Source: a virus. From it: DNA of 36,331 bases. Below, piece by piece: positions 31,606 to 36,331 of this stretch (positions are counted from its first letter, which is position 1; each line of letters opens with the position of its first letter). The stretch spans positions 1-36,331 of the IMG/VR virus record IMGVR_UViG_3300027791_000001. One strand, 5' to 3'. The notes beneath the pieces are model-generated. The model did no database searches, was not told the DNA's origin, and worked only from the letters and a program-made list of their open reading frames with translations. The position numbers and the translations under genes are program-made.

Positions 31606-31709
31606 AGTGAAAAAAAGGTGAAATATGCTATTGACGGGGGTCATTTTATACTACTTTATCTGTCATATCGAAGCGAGAAACGCCGAGAATAACCTAAAAA
31701 AACACGACA
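31606..31709 (+). promoter_or_regulatory. Conserved promoter + 5' leader cassette, copy 6
   Basis: GTGAA x2 (11 bp apart), TTGACG at 31631-31636, 17 nt, CTTTAT, CTGTCATATCGAAGCGAGAAACGCCGAGAATAACCTAAAAAAACACGACAATG. Confidence 0.55.
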
Positions 31710-32096
31710 ATGAAAATCACAGCACAACAAGTCTCAACTCAATCCTCACACGAAGTTCTATACTCCGATCCAGAATGTGCGGATATGGATAATCCTCGCG
31801 GAGATATCGTTCGCCCAGTAGCTCGCGTTTTAATCGAGCTAGATGACGGATCTCGCTATGTTCATGATCGCGGCTTTTCTAATCCTGTAGACGGAGACGA
31901 TAAGGAGGTAGAAGCTAAGGTCGAAGCTCTCGCGGATCGAGTTTCTAAAGCAGGCGAGATAAATCCAGAGCATTGGGTCGAGACTTATGCGAGATACGGA
32001 TCAGCCGCTTGGCGCGGCGAAGAATGTCAGCGTCGTCAGAACTTTGAAATCGCTCGTCTTAGTGGAGACGAAGAAGAGATGGATCGCTACTGCTAA
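31710..32096 (+). CDS. Hypothetical protein (128 aa), cassette cargo inside the structural module
   Basis: ATG directly after the leader, bracketed by two terminators. No motif recognised. Confidence 0.6.
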   Translation: MKITAQQVSTQSSHEVLYSDPECADMDNPRGDIVRPVARVLIELDDGSRYVHDRGFSNPVDGDDKEVEAKVEALADRVSKAGEINPEHWVETYARYGSAAWRGEECQRRQNFEIARLSGDEEEMDRYC

Positions 32097-32118
32097 TCTC
32101 TCAAAAATATAAACAAGA

Positions 32119-32145
32119 GCCTCCCGCGAAAGCCGGAGGCTTTTT
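32119..32145 (+). terminator. Rho-independent terminator with GAAA tetraloop
   Basis: GCCTCCCGC-GAAA-GCCGGAGGC followed by TTTTT. Same architecture as 26898-26926. Confidence 0.75.
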
Positions 32146-32171
32146 CGTGTTTACATTCGAGGCATTAGTAA

Positions 32172-32492
32172 ATGAGCCTCACTTCTTTAATTTCGGACAA
32201 TCTCAAGTTCGCGATCTCGCAGATCAATGTCTCTCTGACTTCGTCGCCTTCAAACGGAGAGACATACTCAGCCAACAAACAGGACGCAGAGTCGAGCTTC
32301 GACATCTACGAGGACGGTCGCGAGGAGATGATCGACACAAAGTTCTACATCGCTCGCGCAGACTACTCGATCCTTCCTTCCAAGGGGATGATCTTAACGG
32401 ACGGCACGACGAACTACAAGGTCGTCAGCGTTCACGACGACTCGGTAGGAGTCACTCGCAGGCTCGACTGCGCTTCTGAATACCAGAGATAA
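32172..32492 (+). CDS. Head-tail connector/adaptor protein (by position)
   Basis: 106 aa, first gene after the capsid region. The overlapping Arg-rich ORF 32147..32479 was rejected. Confidence 0.4.
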   Translation: MSLTSLISDNLKFAISQINVSLTSSPSNGETYSANKQDAESSFDIYEDGREEMIDTKFYIARADYSILPSKGMILTDGTTNYKVVSVHDDSVGVTRRLDCASEYQR

Positions 32493-32494
32493 AT

Positions 32495-32971
32495 ATGGGA
32501 TATCTAGACCTAGAAACTAACTTCGAGGATGCGGCTAAGACCTTCCTAGAGACCGCCACAGGGCTTCCAGCGTCGAGCTTCTACGCCTCACTCGACCAAG
32601 ACACGTTCGTCTCTCCTCGGCTATCTATACGCGCAGAGATAGGCTCCGCAGAAGATCCTCCCACTATAGTAAACGGAGACGTCCTAGAGTATACTCAATA
32701 CAATATGAATCTCTCGATCTCGATCGTCAGCGACGCCGCAGTAAGCGGGACGCAGACGAATCACAGATCCTACAGGGAGAAGGTTCGCGAAGCTATGCTT
32801 CTGAACGCAGCGAACTGGACTTCTACAGACGACAACGGGGATCCCATCCTACCTTTCTACGAGGTCAAATACATGAAACCTTCGGGAAGCGACTTCGAGG
32901 TAGACGGAGATCTCGCGATATCGACGCTTACTTTCGAGATTAAGTTCACTATCAATCCTTCTCAGTTCTAA
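32495..32971 (+). CDS. Neck / tail terminator-type protein (by position and size)
   Basis: 158 aa between the connector and the tube-like genes. Confidence 0.35.
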   Translation: MGYLDLETNFEDAAKTFLETATGLPASSFYASLDQDTFVSPRLSIRAEIGSAEDPPTIVNGDVLEYTQYNMNLSISIVSDAAVSGTQTNHRSYREKVREAMLLNAANWTSTDDNGDPILPFYEVKYMKPSGSDFEVDGDLAISTLTFEIKFTINPSQF

Positions 32972-33029
32972 AATTGACAGCAGATCTATAATTGAACCTT
33001 TCAACCTAAAAAACTAACTTTAATATATT

Positions 33030-33368
33030 ATGGCAGTAATACCAGATGGTGCGCAACTATTCGCAATCGAAACTCCTCTTTTCAGTGCAATGGTCGTCGA
33101 GAGCTTCTCGCTCACGACTCCGGCTAATCGCGTAGACCTAGACAACGGAGACGGCGAGCCACTAGGCTCTACGCTCGTTCCTCAGCGTCAAGAGGCATCG
33201 CTTACAGTTCAGATGGGGGATACTGAATCTCCTCCTGCTATCGGAACGAAAGTCTCGTATGGCTCCTACGAAATATACGTCACAAGCGTAGATCTCACAG
33301 AGGCTCAGGCGGACTATCGTCGATATTCCATCACAGGATTCGTAGAGATCGAAGCACCCACAACTTAA
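33030..33368 (+). CDS. Tube-like major tail protein candidate, paralog A (112 aa)
   Basis: Position upstream of chaperone + tape measure. A/T-rich SD-less leader like the capsid gene. Paralogous to 33389..33733. Confidence 0.35.
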   Translation: MAVIPDGAQLFAIETPLFSAMVVESFSLTTPANRVDLDNGDGEPLGSTLVPQRQEASLTVQMGDTESPPAIGTKVSYGSYEIYVTSVDLTEAQADYRRYSITGFVEIEAPTT

Positions 33369-33388
33369 AAATTTAAATTATATATATT

Positions 33389-33733
33389 ATGGCAGTAATA
33401 CAAGACGGTGAACAACTATTTGGAATAGAGACAAAGGAAATCACCCTTGCTGGCGGCGGTCAATACGTCGTCGAGAGCTTCTCTCTAACGTCTCCCTCTA
33501 ATCGCGTAGACCTAGACAACGGAGACGGAGAGGCTCTAGGCTCTACGATAGTTCCTCAGCGTCAAGAGGCATCGATCACAATTCAAGTAGGTGACCAAAC
33601 AACCTCTCCCGTGATCGGAGACACGGCAAGCTATGCGGGGAAAACTATTGTTATCTCCGGCATAGATCGCACGGAGAATCAAGCAGACTATCGCCGCTTT
33701 ACTCTCTCAGGATACGTCAAGATAAACGTTTAA
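33389..33733 (+). CDS. Tube-like major tail protein candidate, paralog B (114 aa)
   Basis: Shares MAVI.DG.QLF.IET, VVESFSLT.P.NRVDLDNGDGE.LGST.VPQRQEAS.T.Q.GD and E.QADYRR with paralog A. The central ~115 nt are nearly identical at DNA level. Confidence 0.35.
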   Translation: MAVIQDGEQLFGIETKEITLAGGGQYVVESFSLTSPSNRVDLDNGDGEALGSTIVPQRQEASITIQVGDQTTSPVIGDTASYAGKTIVISGIDRTENQADYRRFTLSGYVKINV

Positions 33734-33740
33734 AAATTAT

Positions 33741-34346
33741 ATGCAGCTACGGGCGGTCAGTTTTAATGATGCCGCTAAAAAGCGCATTCTAGACGCCGCA
33801 GCTTTTGAGAAGAAGCTGCGGATGGAAGCTGTAGTCGGTGTCGATCAAGAGATCGCCGGTTTAAAACTAAGGCAGATATCAGTCAGAGATCTATTGCACT
33901 TAGAGTTTACAGAGAACAGGCTAACTATGGGCGAGGAGCCTTGGCTGGAAGACCTAATGGCTTTTGTTTTAATGCTTTCTAACGATAAGCCATTTTTTAA
34001 GTCTCGATATGCTAAAAAAGTGGGAAGCATCATTCGAGAGAATGAAGATGTAAGATTAGATTTAATCTGCTACTTTAACGCAGCTTTTACTGACATGCCT
34101 TCGAGCGTAAATCCTTCCGGCGTATCCGAAAAGTTCGATAGCACGGTCTCCGTCGTGACTCTGGTAGACGGCATAGCGTTTAACTATGGGTGGACTCTTG
34201 ACGACATACTAGACACGCCCGTATCGACCGCCCTTCAGCTATTGCAGCGCATCCTTCAACGTAGCTCAGAAGGATACTCTCCGCGCAACGCAATAACTCA
34301 ACAGGCTAAAGCAAAAGAACTAAATAGACTAAAAGAAAATGGCTAA
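33741..34346 (+). CDS. Tail assembly chaperone (gpG/GT position)
   Basis: 201 aa, directly upstream of and overlapping (8 nt) the tape-measure start. No convincing frameshift site found. Confidence 0.45.
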   Translation: MQLRAVSFNDAAKKRILDAAAFEKKLRMEAVVGVDQEIAGLKLRQISVRDLLHLEFTENRLTMGEEPWLEDLMAFVLMLSNDKPFFKSRYAKKVGSIIRENEDVRLDLICYFNAAFTDMPSSVNPSGVSEKFDSTVSVVTLVDGIAFNYGWTLDDILDTPVSTALQLLQRILQRSSEGYSPRNAITQQAKAKELNRLKENG

Positions 34347-36331
34347 TTTTTCACTACTAGCAAAGATAGGACTAGACTCCAAAGGCTTTCAAAAGGGTCT
34401 AGACAAAGCTAAAACTGGAGTCAGTAAGTTTGGCAGGGGCGTTTTAAACGCGAGCAACAAGCTCGCTAAAATGGGGTTCGGAGCCGCCGCCGCAGGTTTT
34501 GCGCTGCTCTCTAAGAACGCCATCGCTCTCGGCTCCGAGCTTTCAGACATAGCAAACAACACGGGATTCGCCACAGAAAAGTTTCAAGTCTTTAGGGGCG
34601 CACTTATCGACGCCGGAGGTGCTGCCAAGAGTATGGAGAAGGCTATCGTCATCATGCAGAAGGCGGTCGTTCAAGGCTCTGAGGGTCTGACTACTTATCA
34701 GCGAGCCTTCGAGCGTATAGGTCTGAACGTAGACGATCTCAGAAAGATGCGTCCGGAGGATCAGTTCGAGACGATAGGAAAAGCCATCGCAGGAGCGACA
34801 GATCAGCAGGGAGCTTTAACTGCAGCGATCGAGATCTTCGGACAGAAGAACGCAGGCAGACTCATAGAGGTTTTCAAGCGACTCGACAAAGATGGCTACG
34901 GAAAGATGGCTAAAGATATCGAGAAAGCCTACGGAATCATGGACGCGGAGACTCAAAAAGCTCTCGACAAGGCGGCAGATACGATAGAGCGATTTAAGAA
35001 TAAAGCTACGATTCGAGTAGGAGAGTTGATAGCGGGAGAAGCGGACGGAGCCGCGCTAAAAATTCTAGGACTTTCGATTGCCAAAGCGGGCGCACAGCTA
35101 GGCGTAGGAATGATAAACGGAATAGCGGATAGTGTCCGTGCCGCTCGCGAAGCTTTCGGAGCTTTCGCTGACTTCACATCAAATGCCTTCCTTACAAGTT
35201 TACGACTAATGTGGAAGACTTTCCAGATAGATTGGTTCGAGGGACTAAACAAGATGATCGCTGGGTTAAATAAGATCCCCGGAGTAGAGATGGAGCCTAT
35301 AAATACAGACAAACTTTACGACGATTTAGATAAGGGCATAAAGGATCAGGGCAAATCTTATAACGAATTTTTTCAGGCTAGAATGGATCAAGGTTCGGAG
35401 TTCGATATGGAGAATCGTCTCGACTACAGTCCGAGCGAGTTTTACGATAAAGAGATAGAGAACCAGAAAGCGATACTCGCAGCATCTAGAAAAAAGCAGG
35501 AGGAACTCGAAAATTTAGGAGGCGAAGGCGGCACAGGAGGATCCGGAGGATCCGAAGGAGGCGCAGGAGGATCCGGAGGCGAAGGCGGCACAGGATCCGG
35601 AGGAGGCGATCCCGAGGCAGACGAAGAAAAGAGGAAGGAAAAAATAAAAGCTCTAGAAAAGGAGATTAACGACATGCAGCTCGAAGCTATTCGAGCGCAA
35701 GCCAAAGGAGACGAGGATGCACAATCCTCTCTGGAGAAAAGAGCAGAGCTGTCTAAGAAAATCTTAGATATCATGAGAAAATATAACGTCTCGATGGAGG
35801 AGGCTTCAAGTCTCGCCGAGCAGACTGCAGAAAAGCCAGAGGAGCCAACAGCAGACGATAAGAGATCGAAGAAGATCGAGGGTCTGGAGAAGCAGATAGA
35901 AGATATGGAGCTACAGGCTATACGCGCTCAAGCTAATGGCGACGAGAAGGGTCAGGCTGCTATGGAGAGAAGGGTAGATCTAGCAAACAGCATCGTAGAC
36001 ATCATGAACGATCACAATGTCTCGCAGGAAGAAGCCACTCGCATAGCCAATAAAATGAGAGATGCAGGAGAAGCGAAAGATGCTCCTAGGAACGAACTAA
36101 CGGGAAGAGATCTTCAAGATGCAGCCAATCTAGCAGGCAAAGGACAGGCTGGAGATCCAGCCTCCTTTATGGGAGGTAAAGATATTCGATTTGAGAGAGA
36201 CGGAAAAGGACAGGCTGGAGATCAAGCCTCCTTTCTGGGAGGTAAAGATATTCGATTTGAGAGAGACGGAAAAGGTAATTTTCAACAGTTTGTTGGCGGT
36301 AGCAAAGGCAAGGTTTTTACCGAAGACCAAA
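34339..36331 (+). CDS. Tail tape measure protein (runs off the window end and continues at 1..225; 696 aa in total)
   Basis: Frame translated by hand from ATG 34339 with no stop to 36331; absent from the track because no stop lies in the linear window. TP901-type N-terminal core (AKMGFGAAAAGFALLSKNAIALGSELSDIANNTGF...), Gly-rich linker, internal 76-aa and 22-aa repeats. Confidence 0.85.
   Translation, partial: MANFSLLAKIGLDSKGFQKGLDKAKTGVSKFGRGVLNASNKLAKMGFGAAAAGFALLSKNAIALGSELSDIANNTGFATEKFQVFRGALIDAGGAAKSMEKAIVIMQKAVVQGSEGLTTYQRAFERIGLNVDDLRKMRPEDQFETIGKAIAGATDQQGALTAAIEIFGQKNAGRLIEVFKRLDKDGYGKMAKDIEKAYGIMDAETQKALDKAADTIERFKNKATIRVGELIAGEADGAALKILGLSIAKAGAQLGVGMINGIADSVRAAREAFGAFADFTSNAFLTSLRLMWKTFQIDWFEGLNKMIAGLNKIPGVEMEPINTDKLYDDLDKGIKDQGKSYNEFFQARMDQGSEFDMENRLDYSPSEFYDKEIENQKAILAASRKKQEELENLGGEGGTGGSGGSEGGAGGSGGEGGTGSGGGDPEADEEKRKEKIKALEKEINDMQLEAIRAQAKGDEDAQSSLEKRAELSKKILDIMRKYNVSMEEASSLAEQTAEKPEEPTADDKRSKKIEGLEKQIEDMELQAIRAQANGDEKGQAAMERRVDLANSIVDIMNDHNVSQEEATRIANKMRDAGEAKDAPRNELTGRDLQDAANLAGKGQAGDPASFMGGKDIRFERDGKGQAGDQASFLGGKDIRFERDGKGNFQQFVGGSKGKVFTEDQ
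36139..36270. repeat. 2 x 66-bp tandem repeat (22 aa: KGQAGD(P/Q)ASF(M/L)GGKDIRFERDG) at the contig junction
   Basis: Units at 36139-36204 and 36205-36270 differ at 2 positions. The second unit starts exactly where the terminal overlap (window position 1) starts. Confidence 0.9.
36205..36331. repeat. Terminal overlap: identical to 1..127
   Basis: See the feature at 1..127. Confidence 0.95.

Noticed and set aside
32147-32479. + strand 110-aa Arg-rich ORF overlapping 32172..32492
   Set aside because: It is an alternative frame of the connector gene with Arg/His/Leu-rich junk-like composition and a non-ATG start inside the terminator T-run. The 32172 frame has an ATG with an upstream GAGG and normal composition.
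32974-32992. TTGACA (32974-32979) and TATAAT (32987-32992) upstream of tube paralog A as a promoter
   Set aside because: The spacer is only 7 bp, which is incompatible with a -35/-10 pair. No suitable -35 lies 16-19 bp upstream of the TATAAT.
33741-34346. Programmed -1 frameshift (G/GT type) in the tail assembly chaperone
   Set aside because: The only homopolymer candidates are TTTTTT at 33993-33998 and AAAAAA at 34014-34019. Neither is in X_XXY_YYZ phase, and a -1 shift at the T-run meets TAA immediately. The tape-measure ATG overlaps the ORF end, leaving no room for a T-extension.
34389-36330. Minus-strand ORFs 34389..34574, 34953..35312, 35442..35774 (Pro/Ser-rich) and 36130..36330
   Set aside because: All lie antisense to the uninterrupted tape-measure ORF. 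The Pro/Ser-rich one is simply the complement of the Gly/Glu-rich linker and 36130..36330 mirrors the 66-bp tandem repeat. There are no start contexts, and every other gene is on the + strand.
1-36331. tRNA, rRNA, CRISPR array, integrase/excisionase/CI-like repressor, transposase
   Set aside because: Every intergenic gap over 60 bp was read, and none has tRNA-like arms or spaced direct repeats of CRISPR type. No ORF shows tyrosine or serine recombinase motifs. The HTH at 15070..15360 resembles IS3 OrfA only in its HTH and has no DDE partner. The absence of a lysogeny module is an observation from motif reading, not a database result.

Overview
This window is a complete, circularly closed genome of a tailed dsDNA phage with siphovirus-like gene order. 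Bases 1-127 are identical to 36205-36331, so the unique length is 36,204 bp. The tape-measure gene (34339..36331) continues in frame into 1..225. All ~54 credible genes lie on the + strand, tightly packed with many ATGA/TAATG start-stop overlaps. Every minus-strand ORF in the track looks like a shadow of a + strand gene.

Gene order:
- tape-measure end, then a tail-tip/fibre module interrupted by three carbohydrate-active enzymes (GT-like, RmlB-like SDR, sulfotransferase)
- small membrane and holin-like proteins
- HTH-metallophosphoesterase and a dNMP-kinase-like protein
- orphan early genes and an SLT-type lysozyme
- recombination/replication genes: gp2.5-like SSB candidate, PD-(D/E)XK nuclease, stand-alone DnaA-domain-IV-like HTH, RuvC-like resolvase, beta-class DPPY methyltransferase, primase-helicase
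- a run of very small early genes
- a ~390-bp non-coding hub full of TTGACAC boxes
- a lambda-like packaging/head module: Nu1-like TerS, GpA-type TerL, gpW-like, portal, S78-like protease-scaffold, decoration protein, capsid
- connector genes, two tandem paralogous tube-like genes, chaperone, tape measure

I found no integrase, repressor, tRNA, rRNA or CRISPR array.

Most notable observations:
1. A ~105-bp promoter-plus-leader cassette occurs six times, each copy fused to a different orphan gene. Three copies split terL from gpW-portal and one splits capsid from connector.
2. A GT-like / dehydratase / sulfotransferase trio is embedded among a mucin-like Ser/Thr-rich 915-aa tail protein and a BspA-LRR fibre.
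3. An iteron hub has boxes that differ by one position from the DnaA-box consensus, and the phage encodes a stand-alone DnaA domain IV.
4. An in-phase A_AAA_AAA slippery heptamer lies at the start of the primase-helicase gene.

The host cannot be assigned from sequence alone. Product calls rest on motifs I recognised by eye, not on database searches.
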